A program made the position numbers and the translations under genes. Source: an uncultured bacterium (GTDB lineage: Bacteria > Gemmatimonadota > Gemmatimonadetes > Gemmatimonadales > Gemmatimonadaceae). From it: DNA of 61,597 nt. Where the stretch lies: NCBI GenBank assembly GCA_963978095.1, contig CAXBQP010000010.1:1-61597 (forward strand). The letters are read 5' to 3'. Of this stretch, positions 10,429-19,866 are shown piece by piece. The notes under the pieces were generated by a model. The model did no database searches. It had not been told where the DNA came from and saw only the letters and a list, made by a program, of their open reading frames with translations. The first letter of the stretch is position 1. Every line of letters begins with the position of its first letter.

Positions 10429-11214
10429 CTATTCGATGATCGGGCCCGCCGCACAGCCCGGGATGCCACCGACCCATGTGGACTCGTTCCACAGGGTCGG
10501 CAGGCTCCGGAAGCTCTCCCAGTCGGCCATGAGCCGCTGCAGGAGACCGACCTGCACCGACGCGACATCGGGCGCGAAGTAGGCGTACGGACAGACGTGC
10601 ATCGGGCGCGTCCCCTGCGCCGTGGCGTACCCGAACTCCACTTCGCCGAGTCCCGAGTTGTACTGCTGATTCAGCGTGCCGACCTCGGCGATCGTCTGTC
10701 CCACGATGACGCGATCGCCGACCGCCACGCGGGGCAACAGCACATGCTCCGTCTCGATCAGGACGTTGCAACTGGTGGGGATGCCGTCCGGGCGAATGCG
10801 CACGGACACATCGCCCAGGGTCGGCGTACTCCACAACGTCGCCACCTCCGCGACAACGCCATTCACCGTGGCGACGACCGGCGTATGCAGCGGCGCCAGA
10901 TAGGTGGGCTGCGGATTCGCCTTGTCCACACCGGACGTGTTCTGCGAGGCCGGGATCACATCGCCGTACTCGGTGAAGATCTTGTTCTCCTGCACGGCAC
11001 CGGCCACGAACCGCACATCGCCGGCCAGCCCGGTCGCCGGCACATACGCCGCCAGGGAGATCGGGTGCCGTCGAATGACGGCTTGCAGACAGTCGGTGGT
11101 CTGCAGCGCAGTCACGGAGGACTTGCCGCACGCCGCAAGAAGACAGAGGATCGGCAGGACCAGCACGCCGACCCACCGAGCGCAGGAATGGCGCAGAGCG
11201 GAAATGCATCGCAT
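10429..11214 (-). CDS. Lipoprotein with degenerate M23/LytM-like domain
   Basis: Lipobox LAAC; APLHTPVVATVNGVV, EHV and VAVGDRVIVGQTIAEVG resemble the M23 fold, but the HxxxD and HxH ligands are absent. Start 11214 is supported by a TATGTT box 6 nt upstream. Confidence 0.6.
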   Translation of the reverse strand: MRCISALRHSCARWVGVLVLPILCLLAACGKSSVTALQTTDCLQAVIRRHPISLAAYVPATGLAGDVRFVAGAVQENKIFTEYGDVIPASQNTSGVDKANPQPTYLAPLHTPVVATVNGVVAEVATLWSTPTLGDVSVRIRPDGIPTSCNVLIETEHVLLPRVAVGDRVIVGQTIAEVGTLNQQYNSGLGEVEFGYATAQGTRPMHVCPYAYFAPDVASVQVGLLQRLMADWESFRSLPTLWNESTWVGGIPGCAAGPIIE

Positions 11215-11307
11215 GGCCGGAACATACTGGCGCGAGACGCGTCGTGCCACCGGGCGGAACACGAAGGCACCGACGTTCCGTCGAGCGCTCCGTCGGGCGC
11301 TCCGCCG

Positions 11308-12237
11308 TTACGCGCGCGGGTGGCTCCGTTGGTACACCTGTTTCAGCCGCTCCACGCTCGTGTGCGTGTAGATCTGCGTCGTACTGATGCTCGCGTGACC
11401 GAGCAACTCCTGCACCGCGCGCAGATCAGCACCGGCGTCGAGCAGGTGCGTGGCGAAGGTGTGGCGCAGGGAATGGGTGGAGAGTCCGGCGCCTTCGTCC
11501 ACCTGCGCGAGCCAGCCGACGATCGCGTTCTGCACGCCTTTGGCACTCAACCGCGTGCCGCGCTGACTGAGAAAGCACGCGGTGCGATCGGCCCCCATCC
11601 CGATCTTCTTCACGAGCGCGTCGCGCACGCGCTCGTACTCCCGCAGCGCACGCTGCGCGTGATCACCGACCGGGACGATCCGTTCTTTGCGCCCCTTGCC
11701 ACGCACCTTCACCTGCCCGGCGAGCAGGTCGAGATCCGCACGATTGATGCCGCGCAGCTCGCTGAGGCGAAGCCCGGCGGAATAGAAGAGCTCGAGCATC
11801 GCGAGGTTGCGGACGTCGGTATACTTCCCCTCACCGGCGCGCGTGGCGGCGGCCTGGAAGAGTGTCTCGACCTGCGCGCGGTCCAGATGCCCGGGGAGAT
11901 GCTTCTCCGTCTTTGGCGACCCCACGGTGCGCGCCGGATTGGTTTCAACCTGGTCGTTGCGGTGCAGGAATGCGTAGAAGGTCCGCACGGCGGAGAGGGT
12001 GCGGCCGATGCTCCGCTTCCCCAGTCCCTTCCGCGTCAGGTGTGCGAGGAACGAGCGCATGGCGAGCCGGTCGACCTGTCCCCAATCCCAGTCGTCAGCG
12101 CCCAGATACGGTCCCAGGAAGGCGCAGAACTCCTCGAGGTCGCGCCGGTACGCGGTGCGCGTGTTGGGCGAGACATCGCGCTCCTTCTCCAAATGCGTCA
12201 GGAAGTGCGCGATGAAGGCGGGCGCGGGTTCGGTCAT
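11308..12237 (-). CDS. xerC: Tyrosine recombinase XerC
   Basis: SPNTRTAYRRDL, AGLRLSEL, GKGRKERIVP, HSLRHTFATHLLDAGADLRAVQELLGHASISTTQIYTH, HPRA end; topA-trmFO context. Confidence 0.93.
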   Translation of the reverse strand: MTEPAPAFIAHFLTHLEKERDVSPNTRTAYRRDLEEFCAFLGPYLGADDWDWGQVDRLAMRSFLAHLTRKGLGKRSIGRTLSAVRTFYAFLHRNDQVETNPARTVGSPKTEKHLPGHLDRAQVETLFQAAATRAGEGKYTDVRNLAMLELFYSAGLRLSELRGINRADLDLLAGQVKVRGKGRKERIVPVGDHAQRALREYERVRDALVKKIGMGADRTACFLSQRGTRLSAKGVQNAIVGWLAQVDEGAGLSTHSLRHTFATHLLDAGADLRAVQELLGHASISTTQIYTHTSVERLKQVYQRSHPRA

Positions 12238-12280
12238 GGTACTCGTAAGCTATCCTCGACAGCGCTAACTTTCTCCCCCT

Positions 12281-12952
12281 ATGCTCCTCGGGATCGCCGG
12301 CATGATCGGGTCGGGCAAGACGACCCTCACCCAAGCGCTCGCAACGCGCTTCGGGCTGCAGCACGCCCTCGAGAGCGTGGACGCCGACAATCCCTGGCTC
12401 GACAAGTTCTATTCGGGCGCCGAGGGGATGCAGAAGTACGGCATGCACCTCCAGCTCCACTTCCTCGCCACGCGCTTCAAGTCCATGCGCCGCATGCGCG
12501 CCCTCGGCGGCAGTTGGGTGCTCGACCGCACGTGGTACGAGGACGCCGAGATCTTCGCGCGCGGGCTGTTCGAACAGGGGTACATGGGCGCGGACGATTG
12601 GGGACTCTATCAGCAGCTTTACGCCGAGCTGTTGCACGCGCCGGCCGCGCGCCCTCCCAGACTCATGGTCTATCTGCATGCACCGCTGGAGACGATCCTC
12701 AAGCGCATCCAGACGCGCGGTCGCCCCAAGGAACGTGACGCCGCCCCGGAATATTTCGCCTCGCTCCACGCGCGGTACGAGGGGTGGATCGGCGGCTTCC
12801 GGAAGTGCCCGGTGCTCCGGATCGACGTGCGCGACTATGACCTGATGGCGAATCCCGAATCGGTGGAGGAGATCGCCGCGCGGGTACGCGGGGTGCTCGA
12901 AGGCGAGATACCACAGACCGAGCTCTGGCCGAAGATCGCGACGCGCGGCTGA
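12281..12952 (+). CDS. Deoxynucleoside kinase
   Basis: GMIGSGKTT P-loop, LDKFY, QLHFLATRF, LDRTWYED, RIQTRGRPKE lid. Confidence 0.9.
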   Translation: MLLGIAGMIGSGKTTLTQALATRFGLQHALESVDADNPWLDKFYSGAEGMQKYGMHLQLHFLATRFKSMRRMRALGGSWVLDRTWYEDAEIFARGLFEQGYMGADDWGLYQQLYAELLHAPAARPPRLMVYLHAPLETILKRIQTRGRPKERDAAPEYFASLHARYEGWIGGFRKCPVLRIDVRDYDLMANPESVEEIAARVRGVLEGEIPQTELWPKIATRG

Positions 12953-12980
12953 TCCGCGCGTGCGACGAGCGGTCGCGCGG

Positions 12981-14309
12981 TCAGGTCGTCCCGCGCCACT
13001 CCGCAAGCGCCTGCAGCGAGCGCTCGGCGTACATCTCCCGCTTCTTGGCCTTGTCCCGCGGCACGGGGTTCAGCTCTTCGAGCAACCCGAAGTTCGCGTT
13101 CATCGGCTGGAAGTGCCGGGGATCGGCCTCGCGCAGGTAGCGATAGAGCGCGCCGAGCATCGTGGTCGGCGGCGGGACCACGGGTTCGAGCCCCCGCAGC
13201 ATGCGATCGAGGTTCCACGCGGCCATGATCCCGGTGGCCGTGCTCTCGGTATAGCCCTCCACACCGGTGATCTGTCCCGCGAAGAGCAGCTGCGGGTCGT
13301 CGCGCAGACTCAGATGCGGCGTGAGCGACGCCGGCGAGTTCACGTACGAGTTGCGGTGGATGCTCCCGAATCGCAGGAACTCCGCATTCTGGAGGCCGGG
13401 GATCATCTTGAGCACGCGCTGCTGCTCGGGGATCCGCAACCGCGTCTGGAAGCCGACGATGTTCCACATCCGTCCCGCGCGGTCCTCGCGCCGGAGTTGC
13501 ACCACCGCGTAGGGCCAACGCCCCGTGCGCGGGTCGTCGAGTCCCACGGGCTTCATCGGCCCGAAGCGGAGCGACTCGCGCCCACGACGCGCCATCTCCT
13601 CGACGGGCATGCACCCCTCGAAGTACGGGACCTTGTCGAACTCGTGGCTCGTGAACTGGTCGGCGACCGCCAAGGCGTCGATGAAGGCTTCGTATTCCGC
13701 CTTGTTCATCGGGCAGTTCAGATACGCGCCGCCGTCGTCGGCCCCTTCCATCGTCTCCTTGCCGTACCGCGAGGCGCGGAAGACAATCGAGTGATCGAGC
13801 GACTCCTCCGCCACGATCGGCGCGATGGCATCGTAGAAGGCGAGCGACTCCACTCCGAGTCGCTCGCGAATGGTCGTCGCAAGCCCGTCGCTGGTGAGGG
13901 GGCCGGTCGCGATGATGCCAGGCGATGGAAGTTGGGTGATCTCCTCGCGCACCACGGTGATGTTCGCGTGCGCCAGGATCCGATCGTGCACCGCCGCGCT
14001 GAACACGTCGCGGTCCACGGCAAGCGCGCTGCCGGCCGCGACGCGCGCTTCATCGGCCGCCGAGAGAATGATCGAACCGAGCGCGCGCATCTCGGCCTTC
14101 AGCAGCCCGTGTGCGTTGGTGACTTCGGTGCTCTTGAAGGTGTTCGAGCACACCAACTCGGCGAGCTTGTCGGTCTTATGAGCCTCCGTGCCGCGTACCC
14201 CGCGCATCTCGTGCAGTACCACCCGGTGACCACGCTCCGCGAGCTGCCAGGCGGCCTCGCTCCCGGCGAGCCCGCCTCCGATGACATGGACTTCCTTCGA
14301 CGCGGTCAT
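12981..14309 (-). CDS. trmFO: Folate/FAD-dependent tRNA (m5U54) methyltransferase
   Basis: IGGGLAGSEAA, ELVCSN, YFEGCMPVE, RFGPMKPVGL, AGQITGVEGY, QPMNANFG. Confidence 0.97.
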   Translation of the reverse strand: MTASKEVHVIGGGLAGSEAAWQLAERGHRVVLHEMRGVRGTEAHKTDKLAELVCSNTFKSTEVTNAHGLLKAEMRALGSIILSAADEARVAAGSALAVDRDVFSAAVHDRILAHANITVVREEITQLPSPGIIATGPLTSDGLATTIRERLGVESLAFYDAIAPIVAEESLDHSIVFRASRYGKETMEGADDGGAYLNCPMNKAEYEAFIDALAVADQFTSHEFDKVPYFEGCMPVEEMARRGRESLRFGPMKPVGLDDPRTGRWPYAVVQLRREDRAGRMWNIVGFQTRLRIPEQQRVLKMIPGLQNAEFLRFGSIHRNSYVNSPASLTPHLSLRDDPQLLFAGQITGVEGYTESTATGIMAAWNLDRMLRGLEPVVPPPTTMLGALYRYLREADPRHFQPMNANFGLLEELNPVPRDKAKKREMYAERSLQALAEWRGTT

Positions 14310-14349
14310 GTGGCGGATGATAGCGCACCGACCAGCCGTGCGCCCAGGG

Positions 14350-15615
14350 TCAGAAGAAGGTCTGAAGCCGGAGGTAGAGCAGTTGCTCCGTCGGGCGGTC
14401 GCCGCTCGCGGCGCCCCCTCGGAACGTCGTGAGCTCGTACGCCGCCTGCGCCTTGGTGTTGCGCGTGAAGTACCAGCTCACACCAAGTGCGTGTTCCGTG
14501 GCGCCGCGCGCGGCGACCGCCGGGTCGGCGAGCACCGGGAACGCCGCATCCCCGACGTTGATTTGCGCCATGCGCGCCACCAACTGCCACGCCCCCCACT
14601 GCCCTTGCGCCGGATCGAACGGACGCGCCGGCGCGAGGCCACGGACGTCGGAGGGCTCCCCCGTGAGACTCCAATCCAGGGTGAGGAAGGCGCCAGTGGA
14701 CGGGACGAGCGCCGTCGTCGTGCCGCGGCGCACGTTATCCAGCGTACGATACCCCTCGGCGAACGCCCCGAATCGCCCAAAGCGCGCCACCGCGAACAGA
14801 TTGTGACGATCCCGGTCGCCATCGGCGACGGCACCGGCCGATTCGCGGAACTGGAAGAACGTGGCCGCGGCCGGCGTCGCGTAGTGCGAAAGCCCGGTGG
14901 CCGAGCCGGCCGCGCGCATCACCCCATGCGATCCGCTATAGCCGAGGATGACCCCCTGCCCGTTCTTCCGGACGACCGGTCGTGTGACCAGACGCAGGGT
15001 GAGGTCCTTGGCGTCGTTGCCATCACTCTCGCCGTTGGCGCCGCCATTCGGCACGCCGTTGTATGTCGCGAGCGTCGCCTCGATGCGGCCATCCATCGCA
15101 TCACCCGTGACCGCGACCCCTTCGTCACGATTCGACGAGAGCTGGCTGACGATCGACCGCTCAGGAAAGGGCTGGTCAGAGGCGTTGATGTACCGTTCCC
15201 AGCCGTATGCCACCTTCTGCTTGCCCGCGCGCAGCCAGAGGTGCTTGCCCAGCGTCACGTCCGCGAAGGCATCGGCGATGCCGGGTAATGTCGTCACGGC
15301 CAGGTCGGGCATCACGCGCAGCGCGATCCACGGGTTGATGTTCAGGTCGAAGATCAGCCGTGCCCGACGCACCGCGAAGGTGTTCGGGAGCGCGTCCGTC
15401 CGGTCGCTCGAGATGAACCGGCCGTCCAACGCCACATAGCCGCGCAACTTGAGCTGTCGCCGACCGTCCGAAGAATGGATGCGCACGCCGTCGTCGTCAT
15501 AGACGACGACGGCGCTGTCCTTGGTGGCGGCCGCAAGCTTCGCTTGTGCCCCGAGCGGAGCAGCGGCGAGCCAGAGCGCGACGACCAGTGCGGTGCCGCG
15601 CTTACTGGCCGACAC
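14350..15615 (-). CDS. OprO/OprP-like anion (phosphate)-selective porin
   Basis: Signal peptide, FAVRRAR, DAFAD, GKQKVAYGWE, ERS...NRDEG, GAWQLVAR, terminal aromatic F. GTG start overlaps the topA stop. Confidence 0.8.
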   Translation of the reverse strand: MSASKRGTALVVALWLAAAPLGAQAKLAAATKDSAVVVYDDDGVRIHSSDGRRQLKLRGYVALDGRFISSDRTDALPNTFAVRRARLIFDLNINPWIALRVMPDLAVTTLPGIADAFADVTLGKHLWLRAGKQKVAYGWERYINASDQPFPERSIVSQLSSNRDEGVAVTGDAMDGRIEATLATYNGVPNGGANGESDGNDAKDLTLRLVTRPVVRKNGQGVILGYSGSHGVMRAAGSATGLSHYATPAAATFFQFRESAGAVADGDRDRHNLFAVARFGRFGAFAEGYRTLDNVRRGTTTALVPSTGAFLTLDWSLTGEPSDVRGLAPARPFDPAQGQWGAWQLVARMAQINVGDAAFPVLADPAVAARGATEHALGVSWYFTRNTKAQAAYELTTFRGGAASGDRPTEQLLYLRLQTFF

Positions 15616-18037
15616 TCTCCGCCTCGACGTCCGAGGGCTCCGCGACACTCCACTCATTGGCACACTTCAGGCATTTGCGGTAACTCCCCCGCGTCTTGTT
15701 GGACTTGGCCTCGGCGCCAATGAACCCGCACTCGGGACACGACTCGTTCACCGGCTTGTCCCAGCAGACGAAATCGCAGTTCGGATAATTCTCGCAACCG
15801 AAGAACGCTTTGCCGCGCTTCTTCGAGCGGCGCGCGGCAATGTCCCCCCCATCCTTGGGGCACTTGACGCCGGTCGGCATCGACCGCGTGCCGCGGCACT
15901 TCGGGAAGGCACTGCAACCCAGGAACTCACCGCTGCGGCCACGACGGACGACCGTCATCTTGTCGCACAACGGACACGGATACTCGGTGAGCACCGGCGG
16001 TTGACGCTCCCCCTTGAGCGGGCGCGTGTACTTGCACGCCTTGGGATGGTTCTCGCAGGCGATGAACGGCCCGAAGAATCCACCCTTTGCCAGAAGCTTC
16101 CCGCCATCGAGCGGACACTTCTCGTGCTCGAGCGCACTGAGGTCGTGTGCGGCGTGGATCAGCCCCTCGTAGTTCACCTGTCCGAGTGCGGTGTCGAACG
16201 GCCCCCAGAACTCCGAGAGCACGTCGCCCCACGGCATCGCTCCGCCCTCGACCTTGTCGAGCTCGTGTTCCATGCGGGCGGTGAAGCTCACATCGAACTC
16301 ATTGGGGAACTGCTTGACCATCACCGTCTCCACGCTCTCGCCGAGCGGCGTCGGGAAGAAGCGGCGCTGCTCGAGCTCGGCGTAGTGCCGCTCGGTGAGC
16401 GTGCTGATGATGCTCGCGTAGGTGGACGGGCGGCCGATGCCGAGGCGTTCAAGCTCCTTCACGAGACTCGCTTCGGAATAGCGCGGCGGCGGCTCGGTGA
16501 AGTGTTGCGTCGGCTTCACTTCCTTGACCGGCACCTTCTCCCCTGCTTCGATCGCGGGGAGCGCCTGCTCGTCTTCGAGCGCCTTCGAGTCGCCTTCTTC
16601 ACGCGCTTCCTTGTACAGCGACAGGAAGCCTTGGAACTTGATCACCGAGCCGGTGGCGCGGAACAGATACCGATGCAGGGCACCCGCGAAATCGAAATCC
16701 ACCGTCGTGGTGTCGAACACCGCCGGTGCCATCTGGCTCGCCATGAAGCGCTGCCAGATCAGTTGATACAGCTTGAACTGCTCCGGCGACAAGTACTTCT
16801 GGACCGAATCCGGCGTGCGCACCGGGTCGGTGGGTCGAATGCCTTCGTGGGCGTCCTGCGCGTTGGTATCGCCAGCCGCGCCGTAGAGCATCGGCGCCTT
16901 GGCCAGGAACGCGTCCGGATACTGTGTCCGCAGATACTCGCGCGCCGCCGCGACCGCCGTCTCGGAGATGCGCGTCGAGTCGGTACGCATGTAGGTGATC
17001 AGACCGACCGATCCCTCCACCTTCCCGAGCTCGATGCCTTCATACAAGTTCTGCGCCAAACGCATGGTGCGCTTGGAGCCGAAGCCGAGCTTCTTGGCCG
17101 CTTCCTGCTGCAGCGTGGACGTCTTGAACGGTTCCGCCGGATTCTTGCGGCGCTCGCGGCGCTTGATGTCGGTCACATCAAAGGTGCTGCGCGTCGCGAC
17201 ATCGTTCACGATCGCGCGTGCCAGTTCGCCGGTGGGGATGATCGGCTTGTTGCCGTCGAGATGATGCAACTTGGCGGTGAACGCCTGCCCGTCGTGCGAC
17301 AGTGCCGCCGCGATCGTCCAGTACTCCACCGGATTGAAGGCGCGGATCTCACGCTCGCGTTCCACCAGAATGCGGAGCGCCACGGTCTGGACGCGTCCCG
17401 CCGAAAGCCCCTTCTTGACGGTCTTCCACAGCACCGGGCTCGCCTTGTATCCCACCAAGCGATCCAGCACGCGGCGCGCCTGCTGCGCATCGACCTTCTG
17501 CTGGTCGATGTCGCCGGCACGATCGATCGCCCGGTTCACCGCGTCCTTGGTGATCTCATGAAAGAGCACCCGCTTGATCGGCGGCGCGTGCTTGCCCTTG
17601 ATCTGGCTGTGCACATGCCACGCGATCGCCTCTCCCTCGCGGTCAGGGTCGGTGGCGATGAACACGGCGCGGGAGATTTTCGCGGCCGCCTTGAGCTCGG
17701 CGACCGTTTTCTCCTTCCCGGGGATCGTCACGTAGTCGGGTTCGAAATGATCCTCGAGGTCGATCCCCAGCGTCTTGGTCGGCAGGTCGCGGATGTGCCC
17801 GACCGTCGCCTTCACGGCGTAACTCGAGCCCAGATACTTGCCGATGGTCTTGGCCTTGGCAGGCGACTCGACGATGACGAGCGCCTTGCCGCTTGGTACG
17901 CCGGCTTCGACCTCCTCCTCGACGACCTCAACATCGGGCGCCATGGACCGTCGCTTGGCGACCGCCTTCCTGGTGGCCGCCACCTTCTTGGTCGTCGCCT
18001 TCTTCTTGGTGGCGCTGGATTTCTTCTTGGTGGCCAT
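15602..18037 (-). CDS. topA: DNA topoisomerase I
   Basis: LVIVESPAKAKTI, ATDPDREGE, SAGRVQ, ITYMRTDS, QDAHEGIRPT, GIGRPSTYA, C-terminal C4 zinc ribbons. Start at MATKKK. Confidence 0.97.
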   Translation of the reverse strand: MATKKKSSATKKKATTKKVAATRKAVAKRRSMAPDVEVVEEEVEAGVPSGKALVIVESPAKAKTIGKYLGSSYAVKATVGHIRDLPTKTLGIDLEDHFEPDYVTIPGKEKTVAELKAAAKISRAVFIATDPDREGEAIAWHVHSQIKGKHAPPIKRVLFHEITKDAVNRAIDRAGDIDQQKVDAQQARRVLDRLVGYKASPVLWKTVKKGLSAGRVQTVALRILVEREREIRAFNPVEYWTIAAALSHDGQAFTAKLHHLDGNKPIIPTGELARAIVNDVATRSTFDVTDIKRRERRKNPAEPFKTSTLQQEAAKKLGFGSKRTMRLAQNLYEGIELGKVEGSVGLITYMRTDSTRISETAVAAAREYLRTQYPDAFLAKAPMLYGAAGDTNAQDAHEGIRPTDPVRTPDSVQKYLSPEQFKLYQLIWQRFMASQMAPAVFDTTTVDFDFAGALHRYLFRATGSVIKFQGFLSLYKEAREEGDSKALEDEQALPAIEAGEKVPVKEVKPTQHFTEPPPRYSEASLVKELERLGIGRPSTYASIISTLTERHYAELEQRRFFPTPLGESVETVMVKQFPNEFDVSFTARMEHELDKVEGGAMPWGDVLSEFWGPFDTALGQVNYEGLIHAAHDLSALEHEKCPLDGGKLLAKGGFFGPFIACENHPKACKYTRPLKGERQPPVLTEYPCPLCDKMTVVRRGRSGEFLGCSAFPKCRGTRSMPTGVKCPKDGGDIAARRSKKRGKAFFGCENYPNCDFVCWDKPVNESCPECGFIGAEAKSNKTRGSYRKCLKCANEWSVAEPSDVEAESVGQ

Positions 18038-18137
18038 GAATCGTATGAAGAGCCCCGTGCGACCACCGCCTGAGGGGCGGCTGCCGTGGTGAGGCGAACA
18101 CTCTATAGTTGTGCGACTACCCTGACAGAGACCTATG

Positions 18138-18680
18138 CTAGTCCGGGTTTCCGTCCGCCGCAAGCGCCACTATGGCGTCCGCGACCTGGTCCAGCGACAT
18201 CAAATCCGTTCTAACCACATGATTTGATTGCAGATACGCTATTTCCCGATCCGCGGCCAACTTCTGGAGCGCGGTCAAAGGATCCGCCCGGTCCAGGAGC
18301 GGACGGGCCTCCCGTTCGGCTCCCATTCGGGCCAGGGCGATTTCCGGGCTGACGGCCAGATACACCAGCACCGCACAATTTTTGAGCGTATCGAAGCAGC
18401 CCGGATTGGCGATCCATCCGCCACCCGGAGCGAGCACCATACGGCGCTGCGACGTGAGCTCCCGCGTCAGCGCCCGCTCCTGCTCCCGGAACCAGGGCTC
18501 GCCGCGGGAGACGAAAAGCTGGGCCACCGATTCCCCCTCCCGCCGCTCGATTTCACGGTCGAAATCGAGGAATGGGCGCCCGAGCCGCTCGGCGACCGCC
18601 CGCCCGACCGTGCTTTTTCCGCTGCCGGGTAACCCGACGAGCACCAGGTGCGGTGCCGGTCGCGCGGACGCCTCAGCCAA
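18138..18680 (-). CDS. aroK: Shikimate kinase
   Basis: LVGLPGSGKST, DFDREIE, GEPWFREQE, PGGG, RPLL. TTG start overlapping the aroC stop is assumed. Confidence 0.92.
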   Translation of the reverse strand: MAEASARPAPHLVLVGLPGSGKSTVGRAVAERLGRPFLDFDREIERREGESVAQLFVSRGEPWFREQERALTRELTSQRRMVLAPGGGWIANPGCFDTLKNCAVLVYLAVSPEIALARMGAEREARPLLDRADPLTALQKLAADREIAYLQSNHVVRTDLMSLDQVADAIVALAADGNPD

Positions 18681-19866
18681 GGCGCGTCGCGAGATGCGCG
18701 AGATAGGCGTCGCAGTTGCGGCGCAGCTCACCGAGCGAGTCCCCGCCGAACTTCTCGACGAACGCGTCGGCGAGTACGAGCGCGGTCATCGCCTCGGCGA
18801 TCACCCCCATCGCCGGCACCGCGGTCACATCACTCCGTTCGGCCGCGGCTTCGGCCGGCGCGGCGGTCTTGGTGTCGATGGTGTGGAGGGGGCGCATCAG
18901 CGTGCTGATCGGCTTCATCGCGACTTTGATGATCAGCGGTTCGCCACTCGTCATCCCTCCTTCAAGACCCCCGGCGCGATTGGTCGCCCGACGCACATTG
19001 CCGGTGCGCGGCGATCCGGGGGCCATCGCGATGGCATCGTGGACGTCCGCCCCCGTACGGCGCGCGGTCTCGAAGCCCATGCCGATCTCCACCCCCTTCA
19101 CGGCGGGAATGCTCATCAGCGCCGCGCCCAAGCGGCCATCGAGCTTGCGATCCCAGCTCACGTGCGATCCGAGCCCCACCGGAAGTCCGTCGACAACCAC
19201 CTCACAGATGCCGCCCAGCGTATTCCCCTCTTGCTTGGCGCGATCGATCCGTGCCACCATCTCGGCCTCGGCCGCCGCGTCGAGGGTGCGCAACGGTGAC
19301 CCGGCAGCAGCAGCGTTGATGTCCGTCGGCATCGGATCCGGACGGGTCGCATCGACCCCACCCAGATGCACCACGTGCGAGCCGATGCGCACGTCGAACT
19401 CGGCGAGCAGCCGACGCGCCACCGCGCCCGCCGCCACGCGGGCCGTGGTCTCACGCGCCGACGCGCGCTCGAGGATGTCGCGCGCATCGTCGCGGTCGTA
19501 TTTGAGGACGCCGGTCAGATCCGCGTGCCCCGGGCGTACGCGCGTCACCTGACGCCTCCGGCCCTGGTCCGTCGCGTCTTCGTCGCGCGGCGCGGCGTCC
19601 ATGATGGCTTCCCAGTTCTTCCAATCGCTGTTGCGGATCAACATCGCGATCGGCGATCCCAGCGTCTCGCCGGCGCGCACACCGGAAAGGAACTCGACCG
19701 CGTCGGTCTCGATCTGCATGCGCCGACCACGCCCGTAGCCCTGTTGCCGGCGCGCGAGCTGCGTGTCGATGTCCTGAGCAAGCAGAGGGAGTCCCGCCGG
19801 GACTCCCTCGATGACACTCACCAGCGCCTTGCCGTGCGATTCGCCGGCAGTGACGAAACGGATCAC
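18673..19866 (-). CDS. aroC: Chorismate synthase
   Basis: FVTAGESHG, RPGHAD, ERASARETTARV, SIPAVKGVEIG, GGLEGGMT, MKPIST, ERSD. GTG start overlaps the pilQ stop. Confidence 0.97.
   Translation of the reverse strand: MIRFVTAGESHGKALVSVIEGVPAGLPLLAQDIDTQLARRQQGYGRGRRMQIETDAVEFLSGVRAGETLGSPIAMLIRNSDWKNWEAIMDAAPRDEDATDQGRRRQVTRVRPGHADLTGVLKYDRDDARDILERASARETTARVAAGAVARRLLAEFDVRIGSHVVHLGGVDATRPDPMPTDINAAAAGSPLRTLDAAAEAEMVARIDRAKQEGNTLGGICEVVVDGLPVGLGSHVSWDRKLDGRLGAALMSIPAVKGVEIGMGFETARRTGADVHDAIAMAPGSPRTGNVRRATNRAGGLEGGMTSGEPLIIKVAMKPISTLMRPLHTIDTKTAAPAEAAAERSDVTAVPAMGVIAEAMTALVLADAFVEKFGGDSLGELRRNCDAYLAHLATRLG

Noticed and set aside
11308..12237. Tyrosine recombinase as a phage or island integrase
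   Set aside because: XerC-specific motifs and housekeeping context; no att repeats, tRNA or phage genes.
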